A stretch of 61,291 nucleotides of DNA, from contig JBKJHI010000071.1 of assembly GCA_046599085.1 (NCBI GenBank), forward strand, positions 1 to 61,291, given 5' to 3'. The stretch comes from Candidatus Limnocylindrales bacterium. GTDB taxonomy: Bacteria > Chloroflexota > Limnocylindria > Limnocylindrales > CSP1-4. A model generated the notes under the pieces. That model was not told the DNA's origin. It saw only the letters and a list, made by a program, of their open reading frames with translations, and ran no database searches. Of this stretch, positions 45,553 through 53,768 are shown one piece after another; the stretch's first letter is position 1; the number at the start of each line of letters is the position of its first letter. Position numbers and translations under genes: made by a program.

Positions 45553-46419
45553 CTACGGCTCCTGTGCCCGAACGGTCGAATGCCACGGGATCACGGCACG
45601 TTCGACGACGACGATGGCCAAGTAGAACACGATACCGGCGAAGGCGGCGAGCAGGATCGCCGCCCAGGTCACATCGAACCGCAGCGCGCTCGACGCCTGG
45701 ACGATGATCCGGCCGAGGACCAGCGACGACCCTCCGAAATACTCCCCGATGATCGCCCCGATGAGGCTGAGCGTCGTGGCGACCCGCAGCGCCGTGAAGA
45801 AGAATGGCATGGCGTTGGGCAGTCGAACCTTGCGCAGGATCGTCCACTCGGTCGCAGCATAGGAACGCATCAATTCGAGGGCCGACGGTTCCACCTGGAC
45901 GAGCCCGCGGGTCACGTTGGCCATGACCGGGAAGAACACCAGCACCGCCGCCATCATCATCTTGGACAGCGGGCTGAGCGTCCCGAACCAGTTGTTCATG
46001 AGCGGTGCGAAGGCGATGATCGGGATCGCGTTGGCGGCGATGGCGAGCGGCAGGAGCGTGTTGCGCGCCGTCGCCCAGCGGGCGGTCCCGAACGCGGCGA
46101 TCACGCCGGCCACCGTCCCGATGACCAGGCCACCAACGGCTTCGAACAGGGTCGCGAGGAACGAGGGCAACAGGGCGTAGCGACCGTCAGCCCAGTTGTC
46201 GACCAGGGCGGCGACGATCGCCGACGGCCGCGGCAGGATGAAGGCGCGCAGGTCCAGGGCGCTCACGAGGACCTCCCACAGCGCGATGCCACCGATGAAC
46301 ACCGCGACCGCGGGCACGTACTGGCCAAGGCCGCGAAGGCGCGACGCACGCACGCGGGCCCCGCCCGCGCCGGGCGACCCGGCCGGTCCCTGGTCGAGTG
46401 TCCCGACCGACGCGCTCAC
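45553..46419 (-). CDS. ABC transporter permease (SsuC/TauC-like)
   Basis: 288 aa, 6 TM helices. GTG start overlaps the ATPase stop (GTGA). Confidence 0.85.
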   Translation of the reverse strand: MSASVGTLDQGPAGSPGAGGARVRASRLRGLGQYVPAVAVFIGGIALWEVLVSALDLRAFILPRPSAIVAALVDNWADGRYALLPSFLATLFEAVGGLVIGTVAGVIAAFGTARWATARNTLLPLAIAANAIPIIAFAPLMNNWFGTLSPLSKMMMAAVLVFFPVMANVTRGLVQVEPSALELMRSYAATEWTILRKVRLPNAMPFFFTALRVATTLSLIGAIIGEYFGGSSLVLGRIIVQASSALRFDVTWAAILLAAFAGIVFYLAIVVVERAVIPWHSTVRAQEP

Positions 46420-47339
46420 CCGACCGCGCCCTCGGCCCGTGTCCGCCGCGCTGACCCGACGCCGCCCGCCACGTCATCGTCGCGCTGGCGCAGCGCCTCG
46501 CGGACCTCGGTCACGAGCTCGAAGTAGCGGTCGCTTTCGCGCGTTTCGTCGTCGCGCGGCCGGGCGAGGTCAACGTCGACGATCTTCGTGATCCGGCCGG
46601 GTCGGGCGCTCATGACCACGACCCGTGACGAGAGGAACACGGCTTCGGGGATGGAGTGGGTGACGAAGACCACCGTGGTGCCGGTCTGCTGCCAGATGCG
46701 CTGCACCTCGGAATTCATCCGCTCGCGGGTCATCTCGTCGAGAGCACCGAACGGCTCGTCCATGAGCAGGATCGACGGCTCGAGGGCGAGCGCTCGCGCG
46801 ATCGCGACCCGCTGCTGCATCCCGCCCGACAGCTGCCACGGGTAGTGACGGAGGAAGTCCTGCAGCTCCACGAGCTCGAGCATCCGGGTCGCCATGGCCT
46901 GGCGCTCGCGGCTGGCCATGCCCAGGACCTCGAGCGGGAGCTTCACGTTGTCCTCGACGGTTCGCCACTCGAACAGGACCGGCGCCTGGAAGACCATCCC
47001 GTAATCCCGGTCGCGTCGGGCACCGGCGGCGGGCTTGCCGTTGACGATGACACTGCCGCTCGTCGGGGCGATGAGATCCCCGATGATCCGCAGGAGCGTC
47101 GACTTGCCGCAGCCGGACGGGCCGATCAGCGACACGAACTCACCGAGCCCGACCTCGAGTGCGATGTCCTCGAGCGCGGTCGTGCGGGCTCCCTCGCCCG
47201 TCACGAATGTCTTGCCGACGCCTTCGAGCCTGACGATGGCTTCGGCGGAACCGGCCGCGGCGCCGGAGCCGGCGGTGGCGGAGGCGGTCAATGCGGACGC
47301 ACCGGCTGCGGTCGAGTTCGGGGCATGAGGGTCCTCCAT
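46416..47339 (-). CDS. ABC transporter ATP-binding protein (SsuB/TauB-like)
   Basis: 307 aa from MEDPHAPN (ATG 47339). Walker [10 protein letters not shown], signature LSGGMQQR, Walker B LLMDEP. Confidence 0.9.
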   Translation of the reverse strand: MEDPHAPNSTAAGASALTASATAGSGAAAGSAEAIVRLEGVGKTFVTGEGARTTALEDIALEVGLGEFVSLIGPSGCGKSTLLRIIGDLIAPTSGSVIVNGKPAAGARRDRDYGMVFQAPVLFEWRTVEDNVKLPLEVLGMASRERQAMATRMLELVELQDFLRHYPWQLSGGMQQRVAIARALALEPSILLMDEPFGALDEMTRERMNSEVQRIWQQTGTTVVFVTHSIPEAVFLSSRVVVMSARPGRITKIVDVDLARPRDDETRESDRYFELVTEVREALRQRDDDVAGGVGSARRTRAEGAVG

Positions 47340-47341
47340 GG

Positions 47342-48271
47342 TCACGCGGCATCGGGCGCGGAGCGGCCGCGCAGGACGAGGATCTCGGCGAGCCGGATCA
47401 GGGCATAGAACGCGATTCCGAGCAGCGCCGCCGCGAGGATCGCGGCCCACAGCTTCTCCGGCCCGGTGACGTAGTACTGGTTGAAGGTCGATATCACCCG
47501 ACCGAGACCCTCCTGGATCGCTCCCGTGTCCTCGCCGATGATCGCCCCGACCAGGCTGGCCGTGGCCGCGATCTTCAATGAGGTGAACAGGTACGGCAGC
47601 GACGCGGGCAGGCGCAGCTTGAGGTAGATCGCCAACGGGGAAGCGGCATACGAGCGCATGAGCTCAAGCGACCGAGGATCGAACGAACGGAGCCCGCGGA
47701 TCATCGCGATCGTGACCGGGAAGAACGTGAGGTACGTCGCGATGACGACGACCGACACGACGCCCTGGCCGATGGCGAACACGATCATCGGGGCCAGCGC
47801 GATGATCGGGATGGTCTGGCTCGCGATGACGTACGGGACGAAGGCGCGCTCGAGCAGCCGCGAATGGACGAACAGCGTTGCCAGCAGCAGACCGAGCCCT
47901 GCGCCAAGGGCGAACCCGATGGCCGCCTCACGCCAGGTGTACAGGGCCGCGCCGAACAGATACTCAGCGAGATTCACGTCGGTGCCGCCCTGGAACGGCT
48001 GGCCGAACGCATACGCGATGTTCCAGACGTGGGGCAGGTTGAGGTCGGTCGCGAACGCCCAGCGGAAGGGCGGGTTCCAGAGCGCCTCGCTGCCGGGCAC
48101 CGCTCCGATCGGTCGCCACGGGACGCCGCCGAGGAACTTGGCCCCCTCCCAGACGAGCATGACCACGACGACGAACGACACGAAGGTGACGATCGGCCGC
48201 AGCCGGGTTCGGAGTCGGCCCGGCCGTCGGGCCCGGATCGCAAGGTCGCCAGCCGCGGCCGTCGCGCTCAT
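47342..48271 (-). CDS. ABC transporter permease (second SsuC/TauC-like subunit)
   Basis: 309 aa, 6 TM helices, paralogous to 45553-46419. Confidence 0.85.
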   Translation of the reverse strand: MSATAAAGDLAIRARRPGRLRTRLRPIVTFVSFVVVVMLVWEGAKFLGGVPWRPIGAVPGSEALWNPPFRWAFATDLNLPHVWNIAYAFGQPFQGGTDVNLAEYLFGAALYTWREAAIGFALGAGLGLLLATLFVHSRLLERAFVPYVIASQTIPIIALAPMIVFAIGQGVVSVVVIATYLTFFPVTIAMIRGLRSFDPRSLELMRSYAASPLAIYLKLRLPASLPYLFTSLKIAATASLVGAIIGEDTGAIQEGLGRVISTFNQYYVTGPEKLWAAILAAALLGIAFYALIRLAEILVLRGRSAPDAA

Positions 48272-48273
48272 GG

Positions 48274-49611
48274 CTACCCGGCCACCGCCTGGTCCGCGAT
48301 GTCAAGGGCGGCATCGATGATCTCGAAGCCCTCTGCCAGCTCATCCTCCGTGATGCACAGCGGCGGGTTCGTGTGGATCGAGTTGTTGGCGATCAACGCG
48401 TACAGCCCGTGGTCGCGGAAGTACTTGCCGATGGCCTTCATCTCGTCCGACGTCCCGTTGAACGGTGTCATCGGCGTCCACGGGTCGCGCGAGCGCACGA
48501 GGTCCAGGATGCCGAACAGCCCGAGGTTGCGATGCGCGCCGACCGAGGGATGCTTCGCCGCCAGGCGCTCGTGGTGGCCACGCAGGACCAGACCGAGCCG
48601 AGCCGAGTTGCCGATGAGGTCGTCCTCCTCGTAGACGCGGATCGTCGCGAGCGCGGCGGCCAGCGACACGGGGTGCGACGAGTAGGTCAGGCCGCCGAAG
48701 AACATCTTCGACTCGAACGCCTCGGCGATCCCGTGGCGCATCCCCACGCCGCCCAGCGGCAGGTACGAACTGGTCAGGCCCTTGGCCATGGTCATCAGGT
48801 CCGGGACGACGTCCCAGTGATCGACCGCGAACCAGCGCCCCGTCCGGCCGAAGCCGGCCATGACCTCGTCGGCGACCATCAGGATGCCGTGCCGGTCGCA
48901 CAGCTCGCGAACCCCGGCGAGGTAGCCGTCGGGCGGGATGAGGATCCCGTTCGTCCCGACGATCGTCTCGAGAAAGATCGCGGCGATGGTGTGCGGGCCC
49001 TCATAGCGGATGACGTCTTCCAGGCCCTGCAGCGATTCCGCCACGGGACGCGGTTCCGCCTCGCCCCAGCGGTGCGTGTCGGGATAGCGGACCACGCCGA
49101 CGAGGCCCGGTTCGTTGGCCCAGCGGCGCGGGTCCCCGGTCAGGGTCATCGCGCCCATGGTGGCGCCGTGATACGCCCGATACCGAGCCAGGATCTTGTG
49201 CCGGCCGGTGTAGTGGCGGGCCAGCTTGATGGCGTTCTCGATCGCCTCGGCGCCACCGAGGGTGAAGAACACCTTGTCCATGTCGCCGGGCATGATCTCG
49301 GCGAGCTTCTGGCCGAGCCGCGCGCGGATCTCCGTCGCGAACGCCGGCTGCACGTACTGCAGCTTCGTCGCCTGTTCGGTGATGGCGTCGATGACGCGCC
49401 GATCACCGTGGCCGATGTTGACCGACATCAGCTGGCTGTTGAAGTCGAGGATCCGGCCGCCCTCGGGCGTATACAGCCAGACACCCTCGGCCCGGTCGAT
49501 CGCGATCGGATCGAGCGCGCCCTGTACGGACCACGAGAAGAACGTGTGCGCTCGATTGAGGGCGACGATCTCCTCGCTCGTCATCGCCCCGGACGCGGCG
49601 TCGATCACCAT
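48274..49611 (-). CDS. class III (omega) aminotransferase, beta-alanine/taurine:pyruvate aminotransferase-like
   Basis: 445 aa. GGAEAIENAIKLAR, ADEVMAGFGRTG and the PLP lysine in MTMAKGLTS. Confidence 0.85.
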   Translation of the reverse strand: MVIDAASGAMTSEEIVALNRAHTFFSWSVQGALDPIAIDRAEGVWLYTPEGGRILDFNSQLMSVNIGHGDRRVIDAITEQATKLQYVQPAFATEIRARLGQKLAEIMPGDMDKVFFTLGGAEAIENAIKLARHYTGRHKILARYRAYHGATMGAMTLTGDPRRWANEPGLVGVVRYPDTHRWGEAEPRPVAESLQGLEDVIRYEGPHTIAAIFLETIVGTNGILIPPDGYLAGVRELCDRHGILMVADEVMAGFGRTGRWFAVDHWDVVPDLMTMAKGLTSSYLPLGGVGMRHGIAEAFESKMFFGGLTYSSHPVSLAAALATIRVYEEDDLIGNSARLGLVLRGHHERLAAKHPSVGAHRNLGLFGILDLVRSRDPWTPMTPFNGTSDEMKAIGKYFRDHGLYALIANNSIHTNPPLCITEDELAEGFEIIDAALDIADQAVAG

Positions 49612-49671
49612 GGGACCTCCTCCTGCGCCGGCGACGGGGTCGCGGCGCGGACCCGATTACAGCACATCCGC

Positions 49672-50802
49672 TCAGGTCAGGCGGGCCCGCAAGGCGGTCA
49701 ACGACCCGATCGCCTCGCGACGAAGCTCCGCCACGATCGCCGGATCGACCGGCGCGGGGTCGGCGACGACGAGCCCGGGCAGCCGCGGATCATCGAAGGC
49801 GCACACCAGTTCCGGCCGGCCGATCCGCCGCAACAGGTTGCGGTTCTTGTCCGTGGTGATCATCGAGATCGACGGTATCCCGTACGCCGTGGCCACGACG
49901 GTCCCGTGGAACTTGTGGCTCGCCAGCATCGTGCACTCCCCGATGGCGCGGCTGAGCGCGGCCAGGTCATCGGACGCCACGGTCTCGTCGACCGGCAGGT
50001 CCAGGCGAGCCAGTGCGGCTTCGTCCTTGCGGCGGACGTCACCGGTCGCCAGCACGATCGAGCGGAGGCGGTACCCGAGGGCGCGGCCGCGCTCCGCCAG
50101 AGCCCGGACCGTCGAGAAGTCGTCGTGGTCGTTGCGCCAACGGACGACGATCCCGAGGATGGGTCGGTCGGACGGTCGATGGACCTCGGGCAGGTCCAGG
50201 GCGAACACCAGGTCGGCCGCCATCTCGACGGGCACTCGGGGCTCAAGATGCTCGCGGATCCAGGCCGCGCTCTCCGGATCGCGGGCCGTGATCGAACGCA
50301 CGCTGCTGTGGCGGAGGAATCGGCCCAGGGTCCGAAGAGCGGACGGCTTCGACTCCCGCCAGGTGGGCACGCCGACACCGATGACGTGGACCGGCCGACG
50401 CAGGAACTCGCTGGACCAATAGCGATCCGCGGTCCACCACGGGACGATGAGGTCACCGCCACCGATCACGATGGCGTCCTGCGCCCGGACCGCTGTGCGC
50501 AACGCCGGTCGGGTCATCGCATCCGACCCGGTGTCCAGCACGGTCAACGCGGTGGCCGAGCCAAGATGCTGTCGAAAGACGTCAAGGAACAACTCGTCGC
50601 CGTAGTTGCCGGGTCCGTAGAAGCCGACGAGGCCCGTTCGCGGAGGCGTCGCTGGTCCGTGGGGCAGGATCTCCGGGGGCCAGCCGACGGTCGCCCGGTC
50701 GGGCGCGAGACGATAGGCCAGGCGCGCCGGCACCCGTCGCACGCGAACGGGGATGCGCAACGGGAACGGGCGGTTCCTGGGCGACGTGGGTTCCGGGGGC
50801 AC
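49672..50802 (-). CDS. polysaccharide pyruvyl transferase family protein
   Basis: GFYGPGNYGDELFLDVF N-terminal motif, and size typical of the CsaB/WcaK-like family. The start is uncertain within the first 60 codons. Confidence 0.65.
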   Translation of the reverse strand: MPPEPTSPRNRPFPLRIPVRVRRVPARLAYRLAPDRATVGWPPEILPHGPATPPRTGLVGFYGPGNYGDELFLDVFRQHLGSATALTVLDTGSDAMTRPALRTAVRAQDAIVIGGGDLIVPWWTADRYWSSEFLRRPVHVIGVGVPTWRESKPSALRTLGRFLRHSSVRSITARDPESAAWIREHLEPRVPVEMAADLVFALDLPEVHRPSDRPILGIVVRWRNDHDDFSTVRALAERGRALGYRLRSIVLATGDVRRKDEAALARLDLPVDETVASDDLAALSRAIGECTMLASHKFHGTVVATAYGIPSISMITTDKNRNLLRRIGRPELVCAFDDPRLPGLVVADPAPVDPAIVAELRREAIGSLTALRARLT

Positions 50803-50880
50803 CGGCGGATTATGCCGGTCCGGAGCCCGGTGCTACCGTTGGCACTGACCGACGACCCCGTAGCGCTCGAGGAGGCGACC

Positions 50881-51288
50881 ATGGACCGAGAAGGATTCGG
50901 AGCCTGGCTCCAGCGATACGTGGATGCGTGGCGACTGAACGACGCGGCGGCCATCGGCGACCTGTTCAGCACGGACGTGCGGTACGCCTACGACCCGTTC
51001 GGGGAGGCGCTCGCCGGTCGGAATGCCGTCATCGAGTCCTGGCTGGATGCGCCGGACGACCCGGATTCATGGCAGGCCGACTACGAGGTCCTGGCCATCG
51101 ACGGCGATGTGTTCATCGCCCACGGCCGGACGCGCTACCTGACCGACGACCGGGGCGAGATCGATCGCGAGTTCGCGAACGTCTTCGTGTGCCGGTTCGA
51201 CGACGACGGGCGCTGCCGCGAATTCACCGAGTACTACATGCGAAAGCGGCCGGACGTCCCGCCCGACGAACCGCCAGCGGCAGGCTGA
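50881..51288 (+). CDS. SnoaL/NTF2-like small protein
   Basis: 135 aa from ATG 50881. Starts WLQRYVDAWRLNDAAAIGDLFSTDVRY, as is typical of SnoaL-like domains. Confidence 0.6.
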   Translation: MDREGFGAWLQRYVDAWRLNDAAAIGDLFSTDVRYAYDPFGEALAGRNAVIESWLDAPDDPDSWQADYEVLAIDGDVFIAHGRTRYLTDDRGEIDREFANVFVCRFDDDGRCREFTEYYMRKRPDVPPDEPPAAG

Positions 51289-51364
51289 CGGCGGTCGCAG
51301 GTCGTATCCTCAGGACTTCGCACCTACCCGCCGGTCGCAGTCCCGAAGCGAGGTATCGAGATCG

Positions 51365-52216
51365 ATGTCGAGAATCGTCCGCGGCGCGCTTGTCCAGGCC
51401 AGCTGGACCGGCGACAAGGAATCGATGATCCAGAAGCACGAGGAGCGCGCCCACGAGGCGGCCAAGCAGGGTGCCCAGTTCATCCTGTTCCAGGAGCTCT
51501 TCTACGGCCCGTACTTCTGCCAGGTGCAGGACGCCCAGTACTACAGCTACACCGAGCTCATCCCTGACGGGCCGACGACGAAGCGGATGCAGGACCTGGC
51601 GAAGCAGACCGGCATGGTCGTCGTGGCGCCGATGTACGAGGAGGACGAGAAGGCCTCGGGCATCTACTACAACACAGCCGCCGTGATCGACGCCGACGGG
51701 ACCTACCTCGGCAAATACCGCAAGACGCACATCCCGCACGTCAAGGGCTTCTGGGAGAAGTTCTACTTCCGGCCCGGGAACCTGGGCTATCCGGTGTTCC
51801 AGACCGCCGTCGGCAAGGTCGGCGTGTACATCTGCTACGACCGGCACTTCCCCGAAGGAGCGCGGGCGCTCGGACTGAACGGGGCCGAGATCGTGCTCAT
51901 CCCGTCGGCCACGTCGCGCGGCCTGTCCGAGTACCTGTGGCGCATCGAGCAGCCGAGCCACGCCGTGGCCAACGGCTACTACGTCGGGACGATCAACCGG
52001 GTCGGCATCGAGGCCGATATCGGCGAGGACGATTTCTACGGTCAGAGCTACTTCGTCGATCCGCGCGGGCAGTTCGTCGGCGACATCGGGTCGGCCCATG
52101 ACGAGGAGCTCATCGTGCGCGACCTCGACATGGACAAGATCATGGAAGTCCGCAATACGTGGCAGTTCTATCGTGACCGTCGGCCCGACGCGTACGAGGA
52201 CTTGACACGCCCATAG
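51365..52216 (+). CDS. carbon-nitrogen hydrolase, beta-ureidopropionase / N-carbamoyl-amidohydrolase-like
   Basis: 283 aa. Nitrilase-superfamily triad in FQELF (Glu), YRKTHIP (Lys) and ICYDRHFPE (Cys). Confidence 0.85.
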   Translation: MSRIVRGALVQASWTGDKESMIQKHEERAHEAAKQGAQFILFQELFYGPYFCQVQDAQYYSYTELIPDGPTTKRMQDLAKQTGMVVVAPMYEEDEKASGIYYNTAAVIDADGTYLGKYRKTHIPHVKGFWEKFYFRPGNLGYPVFQTAVGKVGVYICYDRHFPEGARALGLNGAEIVLIPSATSRGLSEYLWRIEQPSHAVANGYYVGTINRVGIEADIGEDDFYGQSYFVDPRGQFVGDIGSAHDEELIVRDLDMDKIMEVRNTWQFYRDRRPDAYEDLTRP

Positions 52217-52313
52217 CCCGGAGGCGCTATCATCCGCGCCGGCTCGACTGTCTGGAGGAGGACAGCCGAGCCGCTTCATTCCTCCGGCGCGGCGCCATGA
52301 AGGAGGACCGCTG

Positions 52314-53306
52314 ATGCAGTTCGGATTCACGCTCAAGCCCGACCACAGCGTCGAGCGGACCCTGGCCCTCACACGCCAGGCCGAGGCGGCCGGGTTCGAG
52401 CACGGCTGGCTGTTCGACAGCCACGTCCTGTGGCGGGACCCGTATCCGCTCCTGACGCTCATGGCCGGCGCGACCACGACTCTGCGCCTCGGGACGTGCG
52501 TCACGAACCCCGCCACGCGTGAGCCGTCCGTCACGGCCTCGCTCCTCGCCGTGCTCAACGAGATCAGCGGCGGCCGGATGGACCTCGGCATCGGCCGAGG
52601 CGATTCGGCACGGCGCGTCCTGGGCAAGGCGCCGACGTCGATGAAGGACCTCGAGACCTCGGTGACCACGATCCGTGCCCTGGTCGAGGGCCGCAGCGTG
52701 GAATACGAGGGCACGGAACTGGAGTTGCCCTGGTCGCCGGGTGGGAAACTGCCGGTCTGGATCGCGGGCTATGGCCCAGTCGCGCTCAAGCTCACTGGCC
52801 GGATCGCGGACGGGGCGATGCTCCAGATCGGCGACCCGGACCTGGTGCGCTGGTTCGTCTCCCAGGTGCGTGCATCGGAAAGCGCATCGGGTCGGGACAC
52901 GGGTTCGGTCCGGATCATGGCCGCGGCCGCGTCGTACATCGGCGACCGGGAGGTCGCTCGCGATCGCGTCCGCTGGTTCCCGGCCCTGGTCTCCAACCAC
53001 GTCGTCGACCTCGTCAACAAATACCCGCGCGAGGATCTCCCTGAGGAGCTCACGACCTACGTCCGCGACCGTGAAGGCTACGACTATCTCCACCATGCCG
53101 AGGTCGGCAGTTCGAACGCATCATTCGTCACGGACGAGATCGTCGATCGATTCGCGGTCGCCGGGTCGGTCGAGGACCACATCGAGCGCCTGCGCGCTCT
53201 CGCGGACGCCGGTGTCGATCAGTTCAACCTGTACCTGATGAACGGCGACGAGGAAGCGCAGCTGGAGATCTGGGGCAAGGAGATCATTCCCGCCCTGCGC
53301 GGCTGA
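52314..53306 (+). CDS. luciferase-like (LLM class) flavin/F420-dependent oxidoreductase
   Basis: 330 aa. TIM-barrel LLM pattern (MQFGFTL..., GRMDLGIGRGD, VWIAGYGP) and Mer-like length. Confidence 0.8.
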   Translation: MQFGFTLKPDHSVERTLALTRQAEAAGFEHGWLFDSHVLWRDPYPLLTLMAGATTTLRLGTCVTNPATREPSVTASLLAVLNEISGGRMDLGIGRGDSARRVLGKAPTSMKDLETSVTTIRALVEGRSVEYEGTELELPWSPGGKLPVWIAGYGPVALKLTGRIADGAMLQIGDPDLVRWFVSQVRASESASGRDTGSVRIMAAAASYIGDREVARDRVRWFPALVSNHVVDLVNKYPREDLPEELTTYVRDREGYDYLHHAEVGSSNASFVTDEIVDRFAVAGSVEDHIERLRALADAGVDQFNLYLMNGDEEAQLEIWGKEIIPALRG

Positions 53307-53316
53307 ACCTCCCCGC

Positions 53317-53345
53317 AGCCGGGCCCGCGCGAGGCGCGCCCGGCT
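53317..53345 (+). terminator. GC hairpin after the LLM gene
   Basis: AGCCGGGC...GCCCGGCT, an 8-bp stem with a GC-rich 13-nt loop, 11 nt past the stop. No U-tract. Confidence 0.3.
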
Positions 53346-53479
53346 CCCGTGGACGCCCGATTCCGCCACGGGTCATGGGGGTCATGGGCCGAGGGTCAGG
53401 CTGGGCAGACGAGGCCGTGAGGGTCAGGATGGATGGGACCCCCGAATCCCGACCGTCCGCGCCCTGGAGGAACCCGCTG

Positions 53480-53668
53480 ATGCCCGCGACCCGACGTCGA
53501 CGCGACCCGTGGTGGGATCTGGAGGGCGTCGATGCGCGACAGCATCGCGTGCGTCGCCGGCTCGTCACATCGATGGCCCTTGCCGTCGCGGTGGTGGCCT
53601 GTGGGCTGACCATCGCCGCGTGGATCCAGCTCCTGTGGCCAGCGCTGGCGTCACTGCGCCTCGGCTGA
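53480..53668 (+). CDS. small basic single-TM protein (62 aa)
   Basis: ATG 53480 with GGAGG 9 nt upstream. Arg-rich N-terminus, then the TM helix MALAVAVVACGLTIAAWIQLLW. Confidence 0.35.
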   Translation: MPATRRRRDPWWDLEGVDARQHRVRRRLVTSMALAVAVVACGLTIAAWIQLLWPALASLRLG

Positions 53669-53768
53669 GGATCGGGCCCCGACCCCGGGTATCCGGCCTG
53701 CGACCAGGCGCATATCGCCTACCATCTGCCTCCTGACTGACTCGTCGTCCGTCGCCCAGGAGGGATCG

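Noticed and set aside
48373-50880. Upstream 836 codons of the 971-aa ORF 48373-51288
   Set aside because: It is antisense to the class-III aminotransferase and the pyruvyl transferase and has low-complexity Arg/Asp/Gly composition. Only the terminal 135 codons (SnoaL-like, from ATG 50881) look like a gene.
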